Shown here piece after piece: positions 1 through 9,477 of a stretch of DNA of 32,000 bases (position 1 is the first letter of the stretch; each line of letters starts with the position of its first letter). The stretch is from an uncultured Anaerofustis sp. (lineage in GTDB: Bacteria; Bacillota; Clostridia; Eubacteriales; Anaerofustaceae), in NCBI GenBank assembly GCA_963674555.1, contig OY771429.1:1311845-1343844 (forward strand), in the 5' to 3' direction. The translations under genes were made by a program, and so were the position numbers. The notes under the pieces were generated by a model that did no database searches, was not told the DNA's origin, and was given only the letters and a program-made list of their open reading frames with translations.

Positions 1-915
1 TATGCCATTGAAATGTCACAGGTAGAAAAGAATGAACGCAACGGACGTATGCATGAGCGTATCGAACGTTATAATGTCGATTTTTGGGCCACGGAATTTT
101 TGGGTCAGTTGGAAAGGACGGTCGCAGAACAGGTAACGGATGTTACAAGAAATATCGGCAAGAACAGTTCCAAAATAGAAAAGGCGTATAAAAACGCAAA
201 GAAACGCGTATTGTTTTTGGATTATGACGGGACATTGGTTGGCTTTCAAAATAAGCCCGATGAAGCAAAGCCGGATAAAGAATTGAAAGAATTGTTACGA
301 AAGCTTGTACAAGATCCGAAAAATACGGTTGTGATCATTTCAGGCAGGAACAGTCAGACCTTGGATGAATGGTTGGGAGATATCCCTTTAAATATGTTAG
401 CTTGTCACGGGTTATGGATGCGCGAGCCTGCAGATGAATGGGCGATGACAGTGTCGTTGGAAAATGATTGGAAAGGATCGATCCGTCATGTCCTTGAAAT
501 GTATACGGATCGCATGCCGGGATCGTTTATCGAAGAGAAAGACTATTCCTTGGTATTCCACTACAGACAATGTGAACCTGATATGGTGGAAGCAAAATTA
601 AATGAAGTCAAAGAAACCTTGACAAGCATGATCCGCTCAACCATGCTAAGTGTGCAAGAGGGAAACAAAGTGCTGGAAGTTAAAGACAGCAGAACAAACA
701 AGGGTCACGGAGCATTAGCCTTTATGCAGAATCAGGATTTTGATTTTATTCTCGGGGTCGGTGACGATACAACCGATGAAGATCTTTTTGAGGCACTTCC
801 GGATAACGCGTTTTCGATCAAAGTGGGACTGGGACTAACCAAAGCAGATTATTATCTAAAGTCATGGAAATCTATGAGAGAACTACTAAAGAAGCTTGTA
901 AAAACCGATAAATAA
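1..915 (+). CDS. C-terminal part of bifunctional trehalose-6-phosphate synthase/HAD-family trehalose-phosphatase (5' truncated by window edge)
   Basis: The frame is open to base 1 (Y-A-I-E-M-S-Q...). 'NERNGRMHERIERYNVDFWATEFL' resembles the end of a GT20 domain. HAD motifs 'FLDYDGTLVGF' and 'GVGDDTTDEDLF' are present, as in OtsB domains. Confidence 0.88.
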   Translation, partial: YAIEMSQVEKNERNGRMHERIERYNVDFWATEFLGQLERTVAEQVTDVTRNIGKNSSKIEKAYKNAKKRVLFLDYDGTLVGFQNKPDEAKPDKELKELLRKLVQDPKNTVVIISGRNSQTLDEWLGDIPLNMLACHGLWMREPADEWAMTVSLENDWKGSIRHVLEMYTDRMPGSFIEEKDYSLVFHYRQCEPDMVEAKLNEVKETLTSMIRSTMLSVQEGNKVLEVKDSRTNKGHGALAFMQNQDFDFILGVGDDTTDEDLFEALPDNAFSIKVGLGLTKADYYLKSWKSMRELLKKLVKTDK

Positions 916-930
916 ATCCGATATATTTTC

Positions 931-958
931 TAAAAGGACACAGATCGCTGTGTCCTTT
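931..958 (+). terminator. Rho-independent terminator
   Basis: AAAAGGACACAG-ATCG-CTGTGTCCTTTT hairpin followed by a T run, just after the stop at 915. Confidence 0.85.
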
Positions 959-1100
959 TTTAGTAAATATATTCAGAAATAAGCTATTTATTTTATTAAG
1001 TAAAACAGTATTTTTTCAAAATGTAAAACGATGTGATTTTATCCGGATATCAGACTTATATTAGAATTTATTTTCGGGTTGAAAGTATATAAAAAACATA

Positions 1101-1135
1101 TTGACATTAAAATAAATCAATGTTAGAATTCTAAC
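1101..1135 (+). promoter_or_regulatory. sigma-A-like promoter with overlapping palindromic operator (likely MarR autoregulation)
   Basis: TTGACA (1101-1106), 17-nt spacer, TAGAAT (1124-1129). The perfect 14-bp palindrome GTTAGAATTCTAAC (1122-1135) covers the -10. Confidence 0.7.
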
Positions 1136-1159
1136 TAGTTTGTCGAAAAGAGGAGAGCC

Positions 1160-1606
1160 ATGTTAGGGTCAGAAGAAATTATTGCGGAATTGATGGGAAG
1201 AATACCGCGATTTATAGGATTGATGCTGTCAGGAAGTGAAATAGAAGCTGCTGACGGACTCAGCCAAAGTGAGTTTCGAACGCTTATCAATTTGCATCGT
1301 TGCGAAGGTAGGCCTATGGCGGATTACAGTAAGCAGTTGGGTATCTCGAAAGGTTCTTTTACCTATGTTGCGGATAACCTTGAAAAAAAAGGTCTGATCG
1401 AAAGAGTACCCATGCTTAACGATAAACGTAAGCAAGCATTATTCCTTACCGGAAAAGGTAAGGTGCTTGCAAGGAAAATCGATGCGGAATTTACACAAAA
1501 TATTAAGCAGAATATCGCATGTTTGAAAAGGTCGGATATAAACAAATTAGAATCCGCTCTACGCACGATCGACCATACGATAGATCTTCTGAAAGAAAGG
1601 ACATAA
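1160..1606 (+). CDS. MarR family transcriptional regulator
   Basis: 148 aa with winged-helix 'QLGISKGSFTYVADNLEKKGLIERVPMLNDKRKQALFLTGKG'. Purine-rich RBS upstream. Co-directional with the MATE gene. Confidence 0.9.
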   Translation: MLGSEEIIAELMGRIPRFIGLMLSGSEIEAADGLSQSEFRTLINLHRCEGRPMADYSKQLGISKGSFTYVADNLEKKGLIERVPMLNDKRKQALFLTGKGKVLARKIDAEFTQNIKQNIACLKRSDINKLESALRTIDHTIDLLKERT

Positions 1607-1616
1607 TAAACGACAT

Positions 1617-2984
1617 ATGAGAATGAAAAACACGAAAGAAAACAGAACACAGATTTTAGAATCAATGCCTGTTAATAAAGCTATCTGGACTTTGGCTGTA
1701 CCGACGATATTGGCAATGCTCGTACAGGTCATCTACAATATGACTGATACGTTTTATATCGGACAGTTAAACGAACCGAATATGGTAGCAGCGATCTCGA
1801 TCTCCATGCCTATCGTAATGCTTGTACAGGCATTCGGTAATATGTTTGGTATCGGGGGATCATCCTTGATATCCAGGTTGTTGGGACAACAGGAAAGAGA
1901 AAACGCAAATCATGCGGCAGCGATCGCTTTTTGGTCTGCGCTGGTTGTTATCATAGCCGGTGCGATCATCGGATTGATATTCTCTGAATCTATCCTTAAG
2001 CTGATCGGTGCAAGCGGAACGATGCTTGAATACGGGAAAACGTATCTTCGTTTCATGCTTATGGGCGGACCGTTGATCGGCATGCAGATGCTTATGGGCG
2101 GACTTTTGCGCTCGGAAGGTGCCACGAAAAACGCAATGTTCGGTATGATGACAGGATCCATATTAAACATGATCCTTGATCCTATCTTCATTCTTGTCCT
2201 AGATATGGGTATTACCGGTGCGGCACTGGCAACGATCATCGGTAATTTTGTAGGGTTCTCCTATAATATTTCCTTCTATTTAAGGAAAAAAGGATTGATC
2301 TCAGTTTCTATTAAGAATTATGTTTTTGATAAAAAATACTATGCGGCTATTTTCAAGATCGGCATTCCCGCATCTTTCGGAATGATCTTAATGAGCCTTG
2401 GAATGTCTACAGCGAATAGCTTTGCAGCGAGTTTCGGAGATGCTGCGGTAGCGGCATTCGGAGTCGTAATGCGTATAACGAATATTGCTATAATGGTGGT
2501 TATGGGACTTGCGCATGGTTGTCAACCTTTGATAGGCTACAGTTACGGTGCAAAGAAATATGACCGACTGTTTGCCACGATCAAGCGTGCAATGATGATC
2601 GGTTCGATCTTGGGTGTGACATTCGCGATATTGTTCAATGTGTTTGCGGATTCCTGGATCAGAGTATTCATAATAGACCAAGCGGTCATTGACCGAGGAG
2701 TGATCGTTATGCGCGCATTCACATTCGGCATGCCGTTCATGGGCGTGCAAATGATCTTGATGGTCATGTTCCAAGCACTCGGTAAGACAGTCCAGTCTTT
2801 AATTATCTCTTTGGGCAGACAAGGACTCTTTTACATACCGGCCATAATTATACTCAGTACTGTTTGGGGATTCAACGGACTTGCGTTTGCAATGCCTTTG
2901 GCGGATCTTTGCACAACGGTCTTGGCCTTTGCGTTGTTCTTACAAATGAGAAGAAAGATGACTGTTTTCACACAACGAATATAA
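1617..2984 (+). CDS. MATE family efflux transporter
   Basis: 455 aa, about 12 TM segments. Start region 'MPVNKAIWTLAVPTILAMLVQVIYNMTDTFYIGQL' and 'FGIGGSSLISRLLG' are typical MATE motifs. Starts 11 nt after the marR stop. Confidence 0.93.
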   Translation: MRMKNTKENRTQILESMPVNKAIWTLAVPTILAMLVQVIYNMTDTFYIGQLNEPNMVAAISISMPIVMLVQAFGNMFGIGGSSLISRLLGQQERENANHAAAIAFWSALVVIIAGAIIGLIFSESILKLIGASGTMLEYGKTYLRFMLMGGPLIGMQMLMGGLLRSEGATKNAMFGMMTGSILNMILDPIFILVLDMGITGAALATIIGNFVGFSYNISFYLRKKGLISVSIKNYVFDKKYYAAIFKIGIPASFGMILMSLGMSTANSFAASFGDAAVAAFGVVMRITNIAIMVVMGLAHGCQPLIGYSYGAKKYDRLFATIKRAMMIGSILGVTFAILFNVFADSWIRVFIIDQAVIDRGVIVMRAFTFGMPFMGVQMILMVMFQALGKTVQSLIISLGRQGLFYIPAIIILSTVWGFNGLAFAMPLADLCTTVLAFALFLQMRRKMTVFTQRI

Positions 2985-3004
2985 AAATGGTTTTAACCTA
3001 AATC

Positions 3005-3038
3005 AAAAGACGTACAGTTTTAATACTGTACGTCTTTT
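3005..3038. terminator. Bidirectional rho-independent terminator between convergent MATE and acuC genes
   Basis: AAAAGACGTACAGT-TTTAAT-ACTGTACGTCTTTT stem with T runs on both strands. Confidence 0.88.
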
Positions 3039-3056
3039 TTTATTTAATCAAATCAT

Positions 3057-4262
3057 TTATTCTGTGTCTTGCAAAAATCTGTTTCCGATCGGTTTGTTCC
3101 GCAAGATATACAATGCGTTTTTAAGGGTAGATTGGTTTTTATAATCGATCTCTTCTTTTCTGGGCACAGGTGGGTACATATCTATAGGATCATCCCAATA
3201 AAGCGGCAAGGCAAGCTTGCTGTGCGGTTGCCACTTATCGATCCATTCTTTCGGTATATCCGTCAAATCTTTATTATGCTCATTCATTTCCATCCAGACG
3301 AGCGCCCAAGCTCGGGGTACGACTCTGAAAATATCGTAACCGCCGCCACCCAGTGCGATCCATTTGCCTTCGCAATATTCATGCGCGAAACGATGAGCGA
3401 GCGTAGGGATCTTTTTATAGGTATCCATCGTCAGATATAAATGAGAAAGCGGATCATAATAATGTCCGTCGGCGCCGTTTTGCGTCACGATGATATCGGG
3501 CTTGAATGATTCCGCTACACGCTCAAGCGCTTGTTCGTAGCAAGCATACCATGAGTCATCTTCGGTAAAGGCATCAACCGGTATATTAAATGTATAACCC
3601 ATTCCTTTACCTTCACCTCGTTCGGTGATATTCCCTGTGCCGGGGAACAGATATCTTCCCGTTTCGTGTATCGATAAAGTGCATACTTGCGGATCGTCGT
3701 AAAAAGCCCATTGCACACCGTCTCCGTGGTGCGCGTCGGTATCGACATACAGAACTTTTGCTCCGTAATTCTGCGTGATATGTTTGATCGCTACAGCGAT
3801 GTCATTATAAATGCAGAAGCCCGATGCTTTTCCGTAGAATGCGTGGTGCAGTCCTCCGCTCAAGTTCAAAGCATGTGAAGCATGGCCTTGCATTACTTTG
3901 TTTGCAGCCTGTAAAGTCGCGCCGACCGCAAGAGAACTTGCTTGGTGCATGGATTCAAAGACAGGCATATCATCATCGGCAAGTCCGTGGTCAAGCAAAC
4001 TGTCTTCATCAATATTTCCGTCATTTACGGATTCGATAAATTCGATATATTCCTTGCTGTGTGCTAAAAGTAAGTCTTTCTCGGTTGCGGGTTTAGGCTT
4101 ACGTAGCTGTGTATCATCGATCGCTTCGGAAGCTTTCAATAAGTCATAAGTTAATTTTATTCGGATCGGATTGAACGGATGATCTTCGGCGAACTTGTAC
4201 TTCATCATCTCTTCGGAGTAGATAAAAATAGCCTTTTGTGTCATCATTTCATTTTCGGCCAT
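3057..4262 (-). CDS. acuC: Acetoin utilization protein AcuC (histone deacetylase family)
   Basis: HDAC-fold motifs 'LSGGLHHAFYGKASGFCIYNDIAVAI', 'VLYVDTDAHHGDGVQWAFY', 'FKPDIIVTQNGADGHYYDPL'. Located in an acuABC cluster divergent from acsA. Confidence 0.93.
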   Translation of the reverse strand: MAENEMMTQKAIFIYSEEMMKYKFAEDHPFNPIRIKLTYDLLKASEAIDDTQLRKPKPATEKDLLLAHSKEYIEFIESVNDGNIDEDSLLDHGLADDDMPVFESMHQASSLAVGATLQAANKVMQGHASHALNLSGGLHHAFYGKASGFCIYNDIAVAIKHITQNYGAKVLYVDTDAHHGDGVQWAFYDDPQVCTLSIHETGRYLFPGTGNITERGEGKGMGYTFNIPVDAFTEDDSWYACYEQALERVAESFKPDIIVTQNGADGHYYDPLSHLYLTMDTYKKIPTLAHRFAHEYCEGKWIALGGGGYDIFRVVPRAWALVWMEMNEHNKDLTDIPKEWIDKWQPHSKLALPLYWDDPIDMYPPVPRKEEIDYKNQSTLKNALYILRNKPIGNRFLQDTE

Positions 4263-4882
4263 AATACGTTATATCCTTTTTCGGAGAGTTCATTGAGAAG
4301 TTCGTCCGTATGCATGATCGGAGAGCGCAGAACCAACCGTTTTTTATTTGGGTCGCTTGAAGGACACAATAAGGCGTTTGATACAGGAGCTTTTTTATTT
4401 TGGAAGATCTTTAAGATCGGTGTGATGTCAGTATGGTGTTGTTCCAGTTCGATCTCAAAACGTGAACCCGGTTCTGTCGTGCCTGCCATTTGAAGGAAGA
4501 TCTTCAACAAGTCGGATTCTGTAATGATCCCAACGAGCTTTCCGTCAGATAGGATCGGCAGGGAACTGATCTTGAATTCGTGAAATAAAGAAGCCGCATC
4601 TTCGATAAAGTCATCGGGTGTCCCTGTGATGACTTCGGTCGTCATGATATCCGATATGGGCGTCTCATAATCCAATTTATCGTCTTCATCCAATTCATTA
4701 AAAACGGAAGGTGTTGCGTCTCTTAAATCGCGGTCTGAAATGATCCCCAATAGATGTGCGTTATCATCCGTTACGGGCAAATGGCGAATGTGATTATCTC
4801 GCATGATCTCGATCGCTTGCGCTACAGTGAAACTCGGTCGTATCGTGATCAGTTGTTCTCCCATGATCTCGCTAATAAACAT
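4244..4882 (-). CDS. acuB: Acetoin utilization protein AcuB (CBS domain pair with C-terminal ACT-like region)
   Basis: Two CBS repeats ('MRDNHIRHLPVTDDNAHLLGIISDRDLRD', 'FKISSLPILSDGKLVGIITESDLL'). Overlaps the acuC start. Confidence 0.88.
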   Translation of the reverse strand: MFISEIMGEQLITIRPSFTVAQAIEIMRDNHIRHLPVTDDNAHLLGIISDRDLRDATPSVFNELDEDDKLDYETPISDIMTTEVITGTPDDFIEDAASLFHEFKISSLPILSDGKLVGIITESDLLKIFLQMAGTTEPGSRFEIELEQHHTDITPILKIFQNKKAPVSNALLCPSSDPNKKRLVLRSPIMHTDELLNELSEKGYNVLWPKMK

Positions 4883-4893
4883 GATCTTACTCC

Positions 4894-5526
4894 TTAGTAC
4901 ATGAATCTGTATTTGAATCTTAATTTATCGAAGGCTTCGACGGTTTCGGTATTGACGTTCTTCCCAATACGTACCATCAGACAGTTCGCGGGGTGAGAGG
5001 CGATATCTTCTTCATCCGTCGCAAACCACACAAGTCCGCCCGTGCCCATTACTTTTTCCATTACTTCTCTGTATTGCCAAACATTTAAACCGCTTCCTTT
5101 TAGATCCCAATGCCAATAATACTCGGTCGTGATAATGATATAATCGTCAAGTGCTCCGTCCATCGTCGAAACCTCGAGGATCTTCTTACTTAGTGAATGT
5201 TGTCGGTAATTCGCCGCGATCTCGATCGCGCCCAATTCCAATAAATTTTCGATATTCCCTTCAGACCATCTTTCGAGCGGGTCAGGGTATAAAAAAGTCG
5301 CGTACCCAACGATACGTTCACCGTCTCTTGCGATGATGATCCGTCCTTCAGGCAATTGCGCGATCTCTAAAATTGCTTTGAATTGTTCTTCGGGTTTTCG
5401 AAACGCGTTCAGTTGCTCGTCAAAAGCATAGCCCGATAAGCGTTCATAAGGAACGGGGCCTTCAACAATGATCGTTCCCATGTCCGTTTCGACGTTTGTT
5501 CGGTGGCATGTTTTGATATGTTCCAT
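4894..5526 (-). CDS. acuA: GNAT family N-acetyltransferase, acetoin utilization protein AcuA
   Basis: 210 aa GNAT-type protein; first gene of acuABC, divergent from acsA, as in Bacillus. Confidence 0.88.
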   Translation of the reverse strand: MEHIKTCHRTNVETDMGTIIVEGPVPYERLSGYAFDEQLNAFRKPEEQFKAILEIAQLPEGRIIIARDGERIVGYATFLYPDPLERWSEGNIENLLELGAIEIAANYRQHSLSKKILEVSTMDGALDDYIIITTEYYWHWDLKGSGLNVWQYREVMEKVMGTGGLVWFATDEEDIASHPANCLMVRIGKNVNTETVEAFDKLRFKYRFMY

Positions 5527-5651
5527 TCGTTCCGTACCGTCTCAGCGTATTTTTAGTCAAATTAATTTACGCTTAAAAATAGGATTTTTATATTGTTATC
5601 TTCTGTATTCTATGATAGTATATTTATCATTAAAATCAAAGGGGTTGCATT

Positions 5652-7373
5652 ATGAATTCATCAATAATTAAAGCAGTCAATGGAAACTATAATCTAAAAG
5701 ATTACGATAAAACACGAAAAGACTTTCATTGGGCAGATGTCGAAGAGAATTTCTCTTGGGATAAGACCGGTAAAGTCAACATGGCTTATGAAGCTATCGA
5801 CAGACATGCGGGATCAGAATTAAAAGACAAAACAGCTTTATTGTTCGATAACGGAACAAGGGAAGAAGCATATACTTTTGGACAGATGAAAACGCTTACA
5901 AATAAAGCGGGTAATTTGTTGAAAGAACACGCTAAAGTCAAGAAAGGTGACAGAGTCTTTTTGTTCATGCCGAGGAGTCCCGAACTTTATTTTATGTTGC
6001 TTGGGACATTGAAGATCGGTGCGATCGCCGGTCCTTTATTCGAAGCATTTATGGAAGGCGCGGTAAGGGATCGTTTGGAAGACAGTGAAGCGAAAGTATT
6101 GATCACAACGACAGAGTTGCTCGGAAGAGTTCCGGTCGATGAGCTTCCCGCACTCAAATCCATTATCATCGTCGATGTTGACGGGGTGGAAGAAGACGGG
6201 ACATTTATCGATTACTACAAGCATATCGATGAAATGAGCAGTGAACTGGACATCGAATGGATGGACAGAAACGATGGTATGATCTTACATTATACATCCG
6301 GTTCAACTGGAAAACCGAAGGGTGTATTGCACGTCCACAACGCGATGATACAACATTATCAAACAGCGAAATGGGTATTAGATCTGCAAGAAAATGATAT
6401 TTATTGGTGTACGGCGGATCCGGGTTGGGTCACAGGTACATCTTACGGGATCTTCGCACCGTGGCTTACGGGCACAACGAACTTGATCTTAGGCGGACGG
6501 TTTAAGCCCGATCTATGGTATCAAACGATCGAAAAATATAAAGTTACCGTTTGGTACAGCGCGCCTACGGCATTCCGTATGCTGATGAGCGCGGGGGATG
6601 CGGTCGTTAAACAATATGATCTGTCCACATTGCGCCACATCGCAAGCGTGGGAGAACCGCTTAATCCGGAGATCGTCAAATGGGGCGTTAAAGTGTTTGG
6701 TGTACGCATCCACGATACTTGGTGGATGACCGAAACGGGCGCGCAAATGATCTGTAATTATCCTTGTATGGATATCAAACCGGGTTCTATGGGTAAACCG
6801 ATCCCCGGCGTTACGGCAGCGATCGTTGACGACAGAGGCAATGAACTGCCGCCGAATCAAATGGGGAACCTTGCGCTCTTAAAGGGTTGGCCATCGATGA
6901 TGTATCAGATATGGAATAACCCGACCAAATACGATTCGTATTTTATGCCGGGCGGTTGGTATGTATCGGGAGACTCCGCGTATATGGATGAAGACGGATA
7001 CTTCTGGTTCCAAGGCAGGATCGACGATGTCATTATGACTTCGGGTGAACGCGTCGGACCTTTTGAAGTTGAAAGCACATTGCTTGAACATCCCGCTGTG
7101 GATGAAGCCGGCGTTATCGGAAAACCCGATCCGCTTCGAGGCGAGATCATTAAAGCGTTCGTTGTGATATCAGATGCCTATGAACAGAGCGATGAATTAG
7201 CGGATGATATCAAATTATACGTTAAAACAAACTTAGCCGCGCATGCCGCGCCGAGAGAGATCGAATTTATCGATAAGCTTCCGAAGACCAGAAGCGGTAA
7301 GATCATGCGTCGCGTGCTCAAAGCCTGGGAACTCAAATTGCCGACAGGCGATCTATCCACGATGGAAGACTAA
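5652..7373 (+). CDS. acsA: Acetyl-CoA synthetase / acetate-CoA ligase
   Basis: AMP-binding motif 'LHYTSGSTGKPKGVLHVHNA', 'WWMTETGAQ', 'GWYVSGDSAYMDEDGYFWFQGRIDDVIMTSGERVGPFEVES', C-terminal 'PKTRSGKIMRRVLKA'. RBS AAAGGGG upstream. Confidence 0.95.
   Translation: MNSSIIKAVNGNYNLKDYDKTRKDFHWADVEENFSWDKTGKVNMAYEAIDRHAGSELKDKTALLFDNGTREEAYTFGQMKTLTNKAGNLLKEHAKVKKGDRVFLFMPRSPELYFMLLGTLKIGAIAGPLFEAFMEGAVRDRLEDSEAKVLITTTELLGRVPVDELPALKSIIIVDVDGVEEDGTFIDYYKHIDEMSSELDIEWMDRNDGMILHYTSGSTGKPKGVLHVHNAMIQHYQTAKWVLDLQENDIYWCTADPGWVTGTSYGIFAPWLTGTTNLILGGRFKPDLWYQTIEKYKVTVWYSAPTAFRMLMSAGDAVVKQYDLSTLRHIASVGEPLNPEIVKWGVKVFGVRIHDTWWMTETGAQMICNYPCMDIKPGSMGKPIPGVTAAIVDDRGNELPPNQMGNLALLKGWPSMMYQIWNNPTKYDSYFMPGGWYVSGDSAYMDEDGYFWFQGRIDDVIMTSGERVGPFEVESTLLEHPAVDEAGVIGKPDPLRGEIIKAFVVISDAYEQSDELADDIKLYVKTNLAAHAAPREIEFIDKLPKTRSGKIMRRVLKAWELKLPTGDLSTMED
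5887..5900 (+). promoter_or_regulatory. Intragenic cre-like (CcpA) site in the acsA 5' coding region
   Basis: TGAAAACGCTTACA matches the CcpA cre consensus TGWNANCGNTNWCA at every constrained position. Confidence 0.45.
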
Positions 7374-7386
7374 AATAAATCAATAT

Positions 7387-7419
7387 AAAAGACTTACGCT
7401 ATATAAGCGTAAGTCTTTT
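7387..7419. terminator. Bidirectional rho-independent terminator
   Basis: AAAAGACTTACGCT-ATATA-AGCGTAAGTCTTTT between convergent genes, with a T run. Confidence 0.9.
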
Positions 7420-7444
7420 TTTATTTTCTCCGATCGAATGGGAA

Positions 7445-9295
7445 TTATTCCTGATCTTGATCACTCTCTTCTTCGTCCTGATCTGTTTTAAATTGTTTAT
7501 CGTATAGCTCTTTATAAACACCGCTTTGTTTGAGCAGTTCATTATGCGTGCCTTGCTCTACGATGCGTCCCGCCTCTACGACATAAATGCGATCCGCCGA
7601 CATGACGGTCGATAAACGGTGGGCGATGACCAAACTTGTGCGGTCTTTTAAGAGCGGCTTGATCGCTGCTTGTATCAGAGATTCCGAGACGGAATCCAAA
7701 GAAGACGTCGCTTCGTCCAATATAACGATACGCGGATCTTTTAACAACGCCCGCGCGATCGAGAGCCTTTGTTTCTCTCCGCCGGAGAGTTTGATGCCAC
7801 GTTCTCCGACTAGTGTGTCGTATCCGTTCGGAAGCGATTCGATGAAATCATGGATATTGGATGTTCTGCACGCTGAGATGATCTCTTCCTCGGTCGCGTC
7901 GAATCTCGCGAAAAGCAGATTTTCCCGTATGGTCGTATTAAACATATAAGTGTCTTGCATAACGATACCGATCTGGCTACGAAGTGATTCAACAGTCACA
8001 TCTCTGATGTCGATCCCATCGATCGCGATCGATCCCGACGTAATATCATAAAGTCGGGGAAGCATATAGGTGATCGTGGTTTTCCCTGCGCCGCTTGGTC
8101 CCACAAGGGCGATCATCTTTCCGGATTCGATCGATATATTGATATCTTTCAACGTTTGCGTTTTATCGGTATAGGAGAAATCGACATGATCAAATTCGAT
8201 CGCTCCTTTGACATCTTTCAGTTCTTGGGCGTTCGGACGATCAACGATATCCTGCTTCATATCAAGATACTCGAAGATACGTTCAAAAAGCGCGGTGGAG
8301 CGCGTCAGATCTACCGAAATATTAGCGAAAACCGTTACGGGTCTGTACAGTCTGCTAAGCAGCGCGACGAACATCACGATACCGCCGACTGTGATCTCAT
8401 TATAGCGGATCATCAAAATACCGCCGGCTAAATAAATGACCATAGGCCCGATCGCAACGAATGTGGACATGACCATAAAGAACCAACGCCCCGCAAGCGA
8501 TTCCTTGATCTGCAATGAAGTGACTTCTTTGTTGATCGAGACGAATTTATCTTGCTGGTCTTTTTCTTTTGTAAAGAGTTTGACCAAGAATGTACCGCCG
8601 ATATTTAAAGTCTCGTGCATAAGCGTATTGAGTTCAGCGAGTTTTTCTTGCGTGGTTTGTGCGATCTTCCAGCGCACCTTACCGACCTTGCGCGTCGGTA
8701 TGATAAATAACGGCAAGATCAACAGGCTGAATATCGCGAGCTTCCAATTGGTATAAAACAAGAGTCCCGCGGTAGACAGGAAAATAAAAAGATTTTCGAG
8801 GATCTGAACAAAGGTGCCTGAAAAAATACTTTCGATCCCGGTAATATCGTTATTCATGCGTGAAGTGATCTCACCTGTTTGTACATTTGAAAAAAACTTG
8901 ATGGACATATATTGCAAATGTTTAAACATCGCGTTTCGCAGATCGTAAATGATGTGCTTGGATATCCAACTGTTGACATAGTTTTGGCCGACTAATATCA
9001 ACCCGCTCACAAGTGTAGTACCGAAAGAACCCGCGATGAGCCAAATTAAAAGATCGATCCTTTTATCAGGAAGCGCGACATCGATGATCTGTTTTGTGAA
9101 TATGGGGGGGACCAATCCCAAGAGTGCGGTAATGATTATGCATAACAGCAACACCAATAAAAGCTTCCAATAAGGAGAAAAATACCGCGCAATGCGCTTA
9201 AACATTGCTTTCGTCATTTTCGGTTTGTTTTCCGAATCGTCATAATGAAAACGTCCGCCACGTCCGCCGTGGCCTCCGCCTCTAAATCCTGTCAT
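7445..9295 (-). CDS. ABC transporter ATP-binding protein/permease (MsbA/MdlB-type exporter half-transporter)
   Basis: N-terminal six-TM domain, Walker A 'VGPSGAGKTT', signature 'LSGGEKQRLSIARALLKDPRIVILDEATSSLD'. Glycine-rich N-terminus 'MTGFRGGGHGGRGG'. Confidence 0.95.
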   Translation of the reverse strand: MTGFRGGGHGGRGGRFHYDDSENKPKMTKAMFKRIARYFSPYWKLLLVLLLCIIITALLGLVPPIFTKQIIDVALPDKRIDLLIWLIAGSFGTTLVSGLILVGQNYVNSWISKHIIYDLRNAMFKHLQYMSIKFFSNVQTGEITSRMNNDITGIESIFSGTFVQILENLFIFLSTAGLLFYTNWKLAIFSLLILPLFIIPTRKVGKVRWKIAQTTQEKLAELNTLMHETLNIGGTFLVKLFTKEKDQQDKFVSINKEVTSLQIKESLAGRWFFMVMSTFVAIGPMVIYLAGGILMIRYNEITVGGIVMFVALLSRLYRPVTVFANISVDLTRSTALFERIFEYLDMKQDIVDRPNAQELKDVKGAIEFDHVDFSYTDKTQTLKDINISIESGKMIALVGPSGAGKTTITYMLPRLYDITSGSIAIDGIDIRDVTVESLRSQIGIVMQDTYMFNTTIRENLLFARFDATEEEIISACRTSNIHDFIESLPNGYDTLVGERGIKLSGGEKQRLSIARALLKDPRIVILDEATSSLDSVSESLIQAAIKPLLKDRTSLVIAHRLSTVMSADRIYVVEAGRIVEQGTHNELLKQSGVYKELYDKQFKTDQDEEESDQDQE

Positions 9296-9477
9296 GTGTA
9301 TTCTTCTTTCTTTTTAAATAATATTACTTTATTATTATACATCAACTTTTTTTAAGCACAATATAATATCGCTGGACACAAGTATAATTCCGAAAAGCAT
9401 AATGCGTCATAGTTTTGCCATATTCTTTGTATATATTGAATGTTAAGCATATAATATAATAACCAGGGGAGGTTCGG

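Noticed and set aside
16-6860. Numerous antisense or shadow ORFs in the track (e.g. 16..249 -, 1910..2239 -, 2388..2774 -, 3069..3440 +, 6513..6860 -)
   Set aside because: They sit opposite long, well-supported genes, have low-complexity or compositionally odd translations, and no RBS or family motif. They are explained as shadow ORFs of the codon usage.
7981-8040. Dense GATC/CGATCG run (ATCGATCGCGATCGATCC) as a possible regulatory repeat
   Set aside because: It lies inside the ABC exporter gene in the codons for 'GSIAIDGIDIRDV'. Similar strings occur throughout coding DNA here, so it is better explained by codon bias.
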